A DNA stretch of 53,729 nucleotides, the filler included, from Catajapyx aquilonaris (taxonomy: Eukaryota): the NCBI GenBank assembly GCA_000934665.2. It is 3 parts of 3 records of this genome, joined end to end, with 100 filler letters (N's around TTAATTAATTAA, not from the genome) between each part and the next. Parts side by side here need not be neighbours in the genome. Positions count along the whole stretch, not along the records: positions 35,938 to 53,729 come from JYFJ02006857.1; 2 more parts are not named here. One strand, written 5' to 3'. Shown in pieces: positions 36,700-47,809 of the stretch. The notes beneath the pieces are model-generated. The model was not told the DNA's origin, ran no database searches, and was given only the letters and a program-made list of their open reading frames with translations. Both the position numbers and the translations under genes were made by a program. Each line of letters begins with the position of its first letter. The first letter of the stretch is position 1.

Positions 36700-36947
36700 T
36701 AAGGTATTGATTACCTGTCGTCTTTGCCAGTCAGTGCACAGGATGGAAGTGGCCAAGTGGAAAATATTATTCACTTGCCCGAAGCTAATGGTTTGATTAC
36801 TCCCTTCTTGGAAAACGTTATTAGTGTCCGAGTTTCACTGTGAGCATTCTGGAATCACTATTATCTGTGACGTACAGTAGTCGGTACAGTTTCGTCAATT
36901 GAACTGATAAAATGTGGCATTCTCTGGTGCAAATGTTTGGTCTACAC

Positions 36948-37108
36948 CAGCCCCCGGACACTCGTCCCCCTACATAATCAGTTCTTATCGCCTGCGGGAG
37001 GTGCTCACTTGAGAGCGCCTGGTCACTCCCTCTTATTGCCTGACCTCTTATTGCCGCCCCGTCAGGCGATAAGAGGGAGTGACCAGACCTAAGTATTCTA
37101 AGGCCATG
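36948..37108. mobile_element. Short hAT-like MITE (same family as 14712-15086)
   Basis: 8-bp TSD GTCTACAC (36940-36947 / 37109-37116); shared CAGCCCCCGGACACT start and GGAGTGACCAGACCT.AGTATTCTAAG near the end. Confidence 0.7.
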
Positions 37109-37810
37109 GTCTACACTCAGTATTTCAGCTGAATGACGCGTTAAAATGGGGACCATTGAGACACCGTATGACTTATCTAGGAAGGAACAGGATGATCATG
37201 AATAAGATTTTCCTCAACTCATAGGTTATCTCTGCGAAGTGTCAGGTTTCCTACGGAAAAGCGCAAATAGAAATATATGATACATGTGTATAGCATTTAA
37301 TTGATAATAATTGGCCTTTCAGCGGTATAAGGTGTCGGACACGTTAATTTTTCACATATTTGCTTTTATTTTCTTGACCTCCCCCCCNCCCCCCCCCCCC
37401 CCCAACTCCCTAGCCAAAAGGTATGACCGCTTGGTAAAAACCCCTCCATCCTCTATCCTTGATTGTCATAAAATAATGAATGGGCAGTTTTTGGGAAATT
37501 CCATTCTTGAATGAGCCGCAGCTTATTTTCAGTATTCGCATAGGTAATAAGCGTAAACGTCTGTAGTGTAGTAATAAGCATTCAAAGATGTCTTTGCCTG
37601 AGTCATGAACTCATAATTACTCACTAACCCTGCTGGGAATATAGTTTTTGAAATAGCACAATAAATTAAAAGTTTATGCTATTATTCACTTTTTGATGCC
37701 TGCTGGTCCAATCGCATATTATATATAAACTTATCATTCCAGCATATGCAAACTATTAAGTCACATATGCACACATGTATTCTATGTAATAGTCAGGCAG
37801 TGAGTGTTTC

Positions 37811-40800
37811 ATGTCCTTGACTGAGCCACACAACAAACGAGAACTGGGCCGTAACGCCCATTGTGTTATCGAAATGGATGGCCAGCTGACCTGGATAACT
37901 AACCCATCAGATCCCAAGGACAAAAAGAAATTCAGATTTGATCATTCTTATTGGTCACACGATGGCTTTCTTGAAGAGGCAGATGGATACAATGCACCTG
38001 ACTCGTCTCACGAGAACGGAAAATTGTTTTGCGACCAGAGGAAGGTGTATGATGATCTGGGCCACGGCATCCTTAAAAATGCATGGGATGGCTATAACTC
38101 CACTCTCTTCGCTTATGGACAGACTGGATCGGGAAAATCATGGTCTATTATAGGCTATGGCGCCAATAAAGGTAAGCTGTGTAAAGATATACCGGTATGT
38201 GACGACCTTGAATGAAGAACAAAATCAAATTAGTTAGGGGGTCCTCTTGATGCGTAATTTCTTGTGGTCAAGTCATTTTTCTGTAAGATCAATTACAGCC
38301 TCCTACAGAAATATTTGGAGAAAAACATCCATAAAGAATAATTCCACCTTCATTTCAAGCCATCACACCTCAAAGCCACTCTTTCTGACTTTGGTCGTTT
38401 CGAATTTCAGGTAGGGGAGAGTGGGGCTAGTTGTACCGTGAGGCAAGTTGTACCACTCGCATTTTCTTCGGCCCTAGTTTTCTGACCAACCTAGAATTTG
38501 GTCAGAATTTTGAAAAACACCCTCTCTTCCTGTGGAGGAAGCCTGGTCGGTGTGTACTTCGGACCTCGGGATATCGCCTAGGGTGTCGTTTCTATTTTTC
38601 CCCCCCGCCCGCCCCCTGTCGTTGATTTTGGTCCATCTCTGTACCGCACAAAGTGACATCGATAGAGCTTCAAAACCCAGTAAAATTCATGTCTGTAACT
38701 GTAACTGTTTTCGTTTTCAAATGAAAAGGGTGTGACACTTTGGTCAAAAAATGGGGTCTGGGCCTCTGGGGGGGTATCGTTGGTCTTTGTTTCTCTCCCC
38801 GTCTTGTGATTTTTGCGTCATCTGCATATACCTCGACAAATGTGCGGGTGTTACTATACTAGCCCCTCAGTCTCTCCCCTATTCCTGTCGTTCTCCAGGG
38901 TGTTGAGAAGGCTTTAAAATATGTGGGACGTCCCAAGGACATTATATACTTATTAGTATGTGCCACATGATGAATCATTTTATACACTCATTACCTTACT
39001 TCTTTCAGGAATTGTACCCATGTTCTGCTCGGATATATTCACTGGAATCAGGCAGAAGCAAGGTGGAATTACTGACTATGAAGTTAAATTCAGCATGTTG
39101 GAAATATACAATGAAATTGTTCGGGATTTACTTGATCTCAAAAAGTCCAATAAAGGATTGAAAGTAAGGGAGCACCCAAAGAGGGGATTTTATCGTAAGT
39201 ACACCACGTAGTGCATAAAAGTAAAACAATATATTATTGTCTGTTATTATGCCTTTCACATAGCCGAGGGACTGAAAGCTACACTGGTTGGAAGTTACGA
39301 AGACATCCAGCGAAAGATGGACGAAGGGACGGTGAATAGAACTGTAGCCTCTACCAATATGAATGCCACCAGCAGCCGAGCTCACACTATCGTAGGAATT
39401 ACCTTTATACAAAAATGGGTCAACGAAAAAGGAGAAGAAACAGCCAAAGTTGCAATCATCAATCTTGTTGATTTGGCCGGAAGGTTAGTAAACTATGATG
39501 ACAAAATAATATGGGCTATAAACATGGGTCTATCACTTCTCGACATGATGCACCCTTTCCTTCACAAGAACAGAGCACCTCTCCTATGAATGCCGTAATT
39601 ATGTAATCAAAATCCATTTCTCCATCCTTATTTCGACCAGAATAAACAAGAGCAGGCCTACTTGTAACCTGTTATTAGTCTTTCCAGTTGGCGGAAACCC
39701 GAAAGACTTTTCACAGATTTTCTATTCTGACAGTGAAAGAGTTGACAAGGCTGGTACCACTGGTGAACGTCTCAAAGAAGGTGCTGCCATTAATCAATCG
39801 TTGTCATGTCTCGGGAACTGCATCCATGCCTTAGCAGAGAAGGCCAGTGGGAACAAAAAAGTTCGAGTTCCATTCCGTGATTCTGTACTAACTAAACTGC
39901 TAATGAATGCTCTAGGAGGAAATAGCAAGACATTTATGGTAGGTGGTAAATACTCAAGGCCTCCTTCATGGAGAACATTTGTTTTACTCTTTGTTTCATT
40001 TTACTCGAGTAGGTTGCAGCCGTGAGTCCTGCGGATTCTAACTATGATGAATCACTCTCTACTTTGCGTTACGGTACGAATAATTTGAATAATTGCGACA
40101 GTGAACTTCCTACAGCCTCTCTTTTTACCTACCAGCTGATCGAGCCAAGCAGATCAGAACAAAAGCAATTGTCAATGAAGACCCAACCGAAAAGCTTATT
40201 AGAGAGCTGAAGGATGAGAACGAAAGACTGAAGAAAATGCTGTCAACAGGAGATGTCGACCTAGCTCTGATGGGTATAGATTTGAGCAGAATGTCAGAAA
40301 AAGGTCAGTATACTATAACCTTAATCAGAATGTCAGAATGTTTCCATTGTCATAAAATCTCATAGATTTGGCTAAATGGTAACGTGAAAAGCAAGATTTA
40401 AATAAGTTGCATTTGAGGGAAAACATAAAGGTTTTCCCTTCATGAGAAATCAATGCTCTCATTGATGAAACAATAGGATGTTGCGTAACATTTTATCAGA
40501 AGAAATGTGAAATGTGAAATTACCCAGTATAGCTTCAGCGATACCGGTATTCTTTAGTGCACTAAATACAATGTTAATTCATCTCTTCTTCAGAGATACA
40601 AGAATTGAAAAACAGGTGGCGAGATGATACGAAAGCTCACATGCAGGCCAATGAAGACGAGATGAATGACATGATCACATCTTATGAAGAACGACTTCGA
40701 CTCGCACGTTTGGAAAATGCAGTACGTATATTAAAATATTAGAAGTGAACTTATGTATACAGGGTGTCTAGACTTTTTTGTCCGAACAGTTATCGGAAAA

Positions 40801-43800
40801 GTCTATGTATCTTCTAGCTATGTAGCCAGAATATGCCCCAACATTCCTGGCACATCCCTGGTTGCAAGTCACTGGTAAAAAATAAGCAGCTTAGTGCAAT
40901 ATTTCCGATAATTGTTCTGACAAAAAAGTTGATACACCCTGTATAGTTTTGTAAAAGAGTAGGGCTCTAGGTTTGGATCACGGTATGGATAGTATGATAC
41001 TTGTAACTATTCCTTGAATTCTATGGCAAAATCCACTTTTCGGAACATCATGGGACACTATTTTTCTTGTGTTATTTTTTATGAACATAATTGAATTCTA
41101 CATTAAAAATGTACCGTACATACTAAGGAGTAATATCTTCCTTGAAAACCAAACTCGAGTCCACTACTTTTGCGGCATAACGTCGCTATAAAAAGTTGCT
41201 ATGTTTGTGGTGAAATGACAATATAATAATTTATTTTTCAGGAGGCCTAAAAATTCGTTTAATTTTAAAGGTTACACGTAGGTACCTTTAAAATTAAGCG
41301 TTTTAAAAGGCCTCCTGAAAACTTGTCATTTCACCACATGGCAGGTTTTTATTTTACAGCTACGATAAGCATTGTCTCAAGAACACTTCTGAGTAGCAGT
41401 TTTGTTATAAAAGACGCAAGATTTCCTTCCGTCCGGCAACATTTATGATCCTGCAGGTTATGCAGCTAGTCGCTATAGTGTATCAAGAGTGCGGCTGCAT
41501 ACCAATCAGGATGAAAATAACTGTACCTGTATTCAATATGTACTGTAATCACACGTAGTAACGTGAAGACAAATGGTATAATAAATATAAGTAGGCTAAT
41601 TGTAATCAAGTAGGCTATACACTTGAAAAAAAGAGCGGTTAACCCCTCTGACTACTCAACGAGAAGTTAAGGCCTAAACAAGATTGGCAAATCCCGTGAG
41701 CGTGATTAGAGTAGACTTTTTCATGTTTACTGCTATTGTCCCCAACGTCAGTCACGGGACTGGGAGGGGGGAAAGGGTGATCTGGGGAGGGGGAGGGGGG
41801 GGGACTGGGAGGTCAGGGGGAAAGGGACGGTCTGGGGAGAATGGGCGGTCAGGGGGAGGGATGGTGGTGGCCGGTGGGAGGGGGCAGCCAGAGGGAAGGG
41901 GTGGATAGAGTGAACCCAGAACCCGGAAATCGGAAAAAAGGCTTATACCACGGCTCTGGCTGTCTGTCTGATACCTGTCCACAGACAGACAAACAGAGCG
42001 GTTCTACATTATAAGACTTTTTTCTTCGAAAAAGTCTAAAAGTGGTGGTTGATTACTTGCAGAGTAGGTAACTGGGAGTGTATAACTTAACTAACTATGC
42101 CTCAAGACCGAAGCAGGTTGGTGGAGTGGATAAGCGTCCGACTGCTAATCGGGAGGTCCTGGGTTCGAGTCCCGTGGCCGGCGATCCTGTCCGTGGTTTT
42201 CCACGGTCCTCCCAGGAAAATTCCGGGGTCGCTTCCGTATAAATAATAGGCCACAGCCGCCCCCTTCCTTTCCTATCCTTTACCCATCCATGGGGAGGTG
42301 CGGTGTCGGTGGGTGATTTCTGACCCGCACCTAGGGGATGTCTTGCAACCTGACCCCCTCAGGGGGACTGCACACGACCCCCAACAAATGACAACGCACT
42401 TGCACCAGTGTCCCATCCTCACAAATCCCTATCCTGATCCCTGCACAGGAGAGAAAAATGCGAAAGAAAAATTCGTAAGAAAAAATGGTGGTATTACCAA
42501 ACGGCTCCAGCACGGGGTTTAAAATAAAAAAATAAAAAAATAAAAAATAACTATGCCTAATGAGAAATCTGCACACTGTAAAATAATGCAATTTTGCTGT
42601 CATTTACAGGAACCTTGGATGAAAAAAATTGAAGAGGACCGGAAGACAACGCCCCATATTTACAACTTAAACTTTGATCCATTACTCTCCGGTCGTTTGG
42701 TACACATACTTTATCCTGGAACTACCGATGTTGGAAATCGTAAGGGGAAAGAATCGGCAATCATCATGATTGGGCCAGGGTAAAATTCAAATATGTAGTG
42801 ACATGTAGCACTTACTCTTAATATTGGAATAATGCAAAGTGAACTTTGACAGGATGCAGCAACAGCATGCATTTTTCTTTCACCATGAAGACCGTTCCGT
42901 AAGCACCAAACCATGCAATCGAGACTGCAGAGTTTTAGTCAATGGAAGTGTCATTCAAGGAGAAACTCCATTACAACACAATGACAGGTAAGGCGTCCCA
43001 CATCATATTGATCCAACATGTAGCTATTATGACTGAATTCGCAAACAAAAGTGTTGTTCGTTTACACAACTGCTGGCAGCATATTATGAGACATTTGTTG
43101 GCAGTGTGACAGCATAAAATTTCCATATATTATGCACACCAGTACTTTCTTTTTTTGCAGATTGGTGTTTGGAAGTACTCAAATCTGGGTGTTTCAGAAT
43201 CCACGTGAAAGGGATCCCAAAAAACACGCAGCATTTGTCACTTACGAATTCGCTCAAGAAGAAATTGCAACTAAAGCTGGTCTCAACTATACCTCTGGAG
43301 GTTGTAATACAAATATGTTGCTACATATATAATGTGTCTGTGAAGTTCTTAAGCACAAGACAGTAGTATTAGATAATGAAAACGAAAATAAGAAACAGCG
43401 TGATAACTGTTGATCATAAGCTATTACTAAAATAGGCTTACATTCTGATGGCAATTATTCTCCGAACGGAAATATGACATCATTAACAACTTGCAAAATA
43501 TTCCAGGGTTGTGTCTTTCAAGTTTCATGGAGAATGGGGCTATAAAGGGGCCATACACTGACAGTTTAATGGTTCCAGTCTTACAGTGAAATATTTTCCC
43601 TTTACGGCTCTTTGTGTCACTTTATGGAGTACAAAACGTTACAGACTCTGATGCAATCGGGCTGTAGTTTTAAAGATCCACCAATCACTGTGGCCCATTC
43701 CTGGACGAAGGACAAGAGCGGCCTCTGCGGATTGGCGTGCACTAAAAGACTAACACTAAAACCAATACTAAAACCGCTCACTCAATATGTAATACCGTAT

Positions 43801-44960
43801 CCTTAACTGTTAAATACGGCACGACATTATGTTAAGGAGCTACTGAAGGTGCTCACTCAGGCTGTGCACCATCGTGTGTTATAGAATATTAAATCTTATT
43901 TGCATGCTTTCAGACATGGCTCTTCTTCAAGAGGACTTGTTAGCAGTCATGCCAGCAGTAGAAGAAGCAAACACTATCAGCGAGGAATTAGACAAGCATG
44001 TCAAGTTTGAAATTGTTCTAGTGTCAGCACAAATGATGGCACAATTCAGCTCCCTTTTAGAAGTATGTTTTTCACAAAATATTGATATTACTCTATGCAA
44101 AACATTTACATACCTGCAATTTGCAGAGAGATCCCAGCAGTGCAGGAAAACCTGGTGTAAGTAAACCTCACAGGCTATAAAATATCCAACGCTGATCATG
44201 ACCAAGCTGACTTGAGAGCATATATTCTTGTAGGTGTGTGTAAAAATGAAAGACCTTCAAAATGGCACGGAATTTGTTTGGCCAAAAGAGAAATTTCTCA
44301 ACCGATTTTACCGAATGAAGGAAATGTACAACAGATACGAAGAAAATGATGTTTGGGATGTCCCTGAGGTAAGATCAAATTATTCAAGTAGTTTTAATCA
44401 ATAAATAAAAATAAATAAATAATAGGTCTACCTTGTACTCGTACCTACTGTATTACCTCATATGCTGATAATATGAAAATCATGTGCGCTCAGCTTTCAG
44501 AAAAATCACTAAAGGGGACCAGTGTTTCTAAATCTCTCACTCCTTTTATTAATAGGATCAAGATCCATTTCAAGAATCAGCTGATACAGAAGTACAGATT
44601 GGTTCCGTACAAATATTTATTCAGCCTCTTGCCTACATGGTGAGTATGTGATGTTGTCTGTCTGTTTATTTGTATACATTCTCGTAAAGCAACTTGTACA
44701 ATAGGCCTACAATAACCTATAGGCTGGCCGGTAATTCTTATAGTTTACCACTTATTACAGTCCATGCTGTATTTTAACCTTCAACTGCTGGGAAAAAGTA
44801 GTTGGAGACTCTTCACCGAACTCATACTTGGCTGGCAACTGCTTTTTGACATTAATAATTATTTAAATCACTACTTATCCTTTTTCCCATTTTCTAGGTG
44901 GAGATGAAAGAATCATTAGAAATTATCAACGTCAAGGGGCAGACAGTTGGTGTCATGCTA
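37811..44960 (+). CDS. KIF28: Kinesin-3 family motor, KIF28/KLP-6-like (motor + coiled coil + FHA + stalk), N-terminus uncertain, 3'-partial
   Basis: Exons: ~37832-38171, 39009-39194, 39264-39483, 39734-39938, 40013-40073, 40136-40303, 40594-40721, 42610-42779, 42853-42987, 43161-43300, 43914-44062, 44127-44156, 44234-44368, 44556-44639, 44898-44960, all in frame. Motifs: [14 protein letters not shown]-loop [22 protein letters not shown], switch I NATSSRAH, switch [86 protein letters not shown]. No stop codon or further exon was found in the window. Confidence 0.88.
38413..38881. mobile_element. TIR MITE in kinesin intron
   Basis: TAGGGGAGAGTGGGGCTAGT.. / ..ACTAGCCCCTCAGTCTCTCCCCTA inverted ends. 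Confidence 0.6.
40760..40941. mobile_element. Tc1/mariner-type MITE
   Basis: TA-CAGGGTGT..ACACCCTG-TA with extended internal inverted repeat. Confidence 0.75.
41626..42040. mobile_element. Helentron/DINE-1-like non-autonomous element
   Basis: AGAGCGGTT near both ends, CTGT/ACAG microsatellite, terminal hairpin AGACTTTTT..AAAAAGTCT, G-rich interior. Confidence 0.55.
42103..42547 (+). mobile_element. tRNA-derived SINE family A, full-length
   Basis: A/B boxes (TGGTGGAGTGG, GGTTCGAGTCCC), A-rich tail, TSD TAACTATGCCT (42092-42102 / 42548-42558). Confidence 0.8.
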
Positions 44961-46656
44961 GTAAGTTAATTTTTTTGCATGTTTATATGGGATAAAGTTA
45001 AGTTATAGGATGTCTAATCCAAGACTGCAGGGGAAGTTTGGGCGGAAGTTCCAAGGAGAATCAACCACAAAGAGAAATATTTGTTACTCTCTTTGTATTG
45101 ATAGATACTCGCGATATTTCCATCGCAACCTGTGAGTGTTTGATTGTTTGGAAAATTACACGTAGACAAGGCAACTCCCCAAAAAAGTGTAGTCTACACC
45201 AGATCCTGGAACCGGGAGGTTCCACCCGGTTACAAGCCGGTTCCACCGGGTTCCTTGGCCAGTGTGTACACCGGTTCCAGGGAGTTCGCACCTTGCACGT
45301 AGACTATAATTATGCGAGTGTAAGACCAGAAGTAGAGATCACCACTCGTCTGAATCGAAAAGTACCCTGGAATTTTTACCTTAGCCTTATTATAGGGGTT
45401 GCAAGAGTGCAAAAGGCCGATTTTGGTAACCAGTAAGGCAGTAATATTATTTGTCCGTGTATGGGCTGAGAAATTCCTCGCTGTCCAGTTTTGAACCGGG
45501 GCGGGGTTGACCTTTGCATCTAGCACGCCAGTCGCCACTCACATTCACATAGGTATAGTTCAACCAACAGCGTGAGGTAGTCCCGACGCTGAACCCTCCC
45601 ACATTGACCCAGACTAGACATCTTTGAACAATAAAGACCAAATTTCCAAGCATATAGTAGCCATTACCAGTGATTCACATTCAGCTGTACTCAGCAATTT
45701 TGTTACACTATTTCAAATCAGGAATTGGTTGCCCTGTTATCATCGATCTTTTTTCAAACAATACACACGACACCCGCGACTTATTGCGGTCACATAAAAA
45801 TTAATTTCAAAATAATTATGCCAATTCAGCAAACATCATTTTTGTGGGGATACCCTGTGGACAAATACTGTATATTGCATCGGAGATGAAACAAACTACC
45901 CAACAATATTGACAAAAGTATGGCATGTCATGTCTCAAGTATAGTACTTTCCAGGCCCGCCCAGTGAACAATTTGGGATTAAACTGGATTCAAAATACGT
46001 TACTTTAAAAATATCAATGAGGTTTCCTCAAAATTAGAGTTATGACGCGGCAGAGTATTTTTTCCAACATGCAGGTAGACCCTATTTTAGAAGAAAATGC
46101 AATTGATAGAATAATTCTAATTCCATTTGATGAATCAATTTTTTATTTGAATTTTCCGAAGGGTTATATTTTGAAACAGAAACACCCACGTTCACGAATG
46201 ACAGCATAAATCCCTTCAGATATGATGCCATACACTTACCTTTTATTAACTTTTTGGAGCGTTCATTCAGCTTTGACGAAAGCCGCGCTTTCAAAAATCG
46301 TGTCACATACCATTGACAAGTGAGATAAGCAGCTACACCAGTGTTAACATCGCTAACCTTTACAGTACATAAAACATTAATGCACTACACGACCAGAAAC
46401 AAGGACAAGGTTACTAACACTTTGGTGAACTTTAAGAATACTTGTGATTTTATTACCGTATAATAATTATCTACTCTGCATATAATTTATGTCGATTAAA
46501 GCGATGCATAACACAATGGTATCGTTGAGGTCACTTTGCGAATAAGGAAATTATGCTCGAAATGCATTGTCTCGATAAAAGGAGCCATTTTTGACTTGTG
46601 TGTTTAAAAGGTTGACATTCCTTTTTTCGTGCATTTTATTACGTTTATGTAAATAA

Positions 46657-46690
46657 CTAGCAGCGGTACCCGTTCTTCGCACGGGGAAAA
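46657..46690 (-). mobile_element. Helitron 3' terminus
   Basis: Minus strand reads CCCGTGCGAAGAACGGG hairpin..CTAGT; the 5' end was not located. Confidence 0.5.
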
Positions 46691-47328
46691 AAGAGCGTGG
46701 ATAATTACACCGACGAAATCTTCTTAGATCTCAAGCAATATTAAATGCAAAACTGCTCATTCCCTTGCATAATTATGTAGGCACTGGAAGGGTGTAACAA
46801 TTCTGGTTTGTTAGCGTAATAAAGAGCCACGCAACTATGGCTATGTGGTTATCAGAATACAAAAAGGTGGGACAGATGGAGAGAGAAACAAAGAGGAAAA
46901 AGAAGAGAGGAAAGACTGGTATCTCTCTTAGTCTGTCTCCTGTCCCAAAGACCTGTCTGACTTGGGCGGCCCTACCAGTAGACGAAACTACCGCCGGCAT
47001 AGCTCTTCAGGATCATGGGAAAACGAAATCCCACCACCCCGGCAGGCAAGGTGGAGATACATTGGGGGGAGGGGCCATTAAAAAATTGGGATAAAAAATT
47101 GGGGGAAGTGCAAAATTTGAAACCATTTACAGGCCTGTTTCTATGGTAATCACCAACAAAATTTTGTTGCCACAGGCAAACAGATGTTATTTTTTTGCCT
47201 TACATACGTAGATTATCAAAATATGTTATTTATTTATTTATTTATAGCAGCAAACCCGTGTGTAGTGTCTGGTACATATGTTGAACTTGGTGTCAGTCAA
47301 CGTACACATAAGTGATTGATAGTGGAGG

Positions 47329-47809
47329 GATAATTGGACAGTGTTATGCAATAATGGGTCAACCCACAAAAATGTCAAAATTGAGCCAAGCCCAGGAACA
47401 TACACCTAAAGCAGAGGTTCTTAACCTTTTAGGGCCTCCGCACCCCTTGTAGACAATATATTGGTCCTTGTCGCACCCCCTTTACCAGGGGTGATAGATT
47501 AAGTTCATAGTTAGACCAGTTATTAGCTCTTGGTTAGATTAAGTCCAGAGGTGCACCTTGCTCGCACCCCCCAGGGAAGCCACCTATCGCACCCCCTGGA
47601 GGTGCGCGGGCACCCCAGGCTAAGAACCTGTGGCCTAAAGGATCCTACTTAATTCAGTTAAAATCACGCAGGTGAAATCTGCATACTTCTGCCATAAATG
47701 ACCCAAAAGAACACTGAATTAATTTCACAGGTATGACCTTCAAAGCCCTTTTCCTCAAAACTGGTCTCGCGTGGGTTGACGCATTATTGCATAACACCGT
47801 CCAATTATC
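47329..47809. mobile_element. TIR element with nested hAT (Charlie-like) MITE at 47412-47632
   Basis: Outer TIR GATAATTGGACAGTGTTATGCAATAATG / CATTATTGCATAACACCGTCCAATTATC; inner CAGAGGTTCTTAACCT..AGGCTAAGAACCTGTG with near-TSD ACCTAAAG/GCCTAAAG. Confidence 0.7.

Noticed and set aside
37791..37825. CAGTGA hairpin as an iron-responsive element, or a 26-nt GT-AG / IRE1-type intron
   Set aside because: The IRE upper stem does not pair, IRE1 CNG|CAG sites are absent, and 26 nt is too short for a typical spliceosomal intron.
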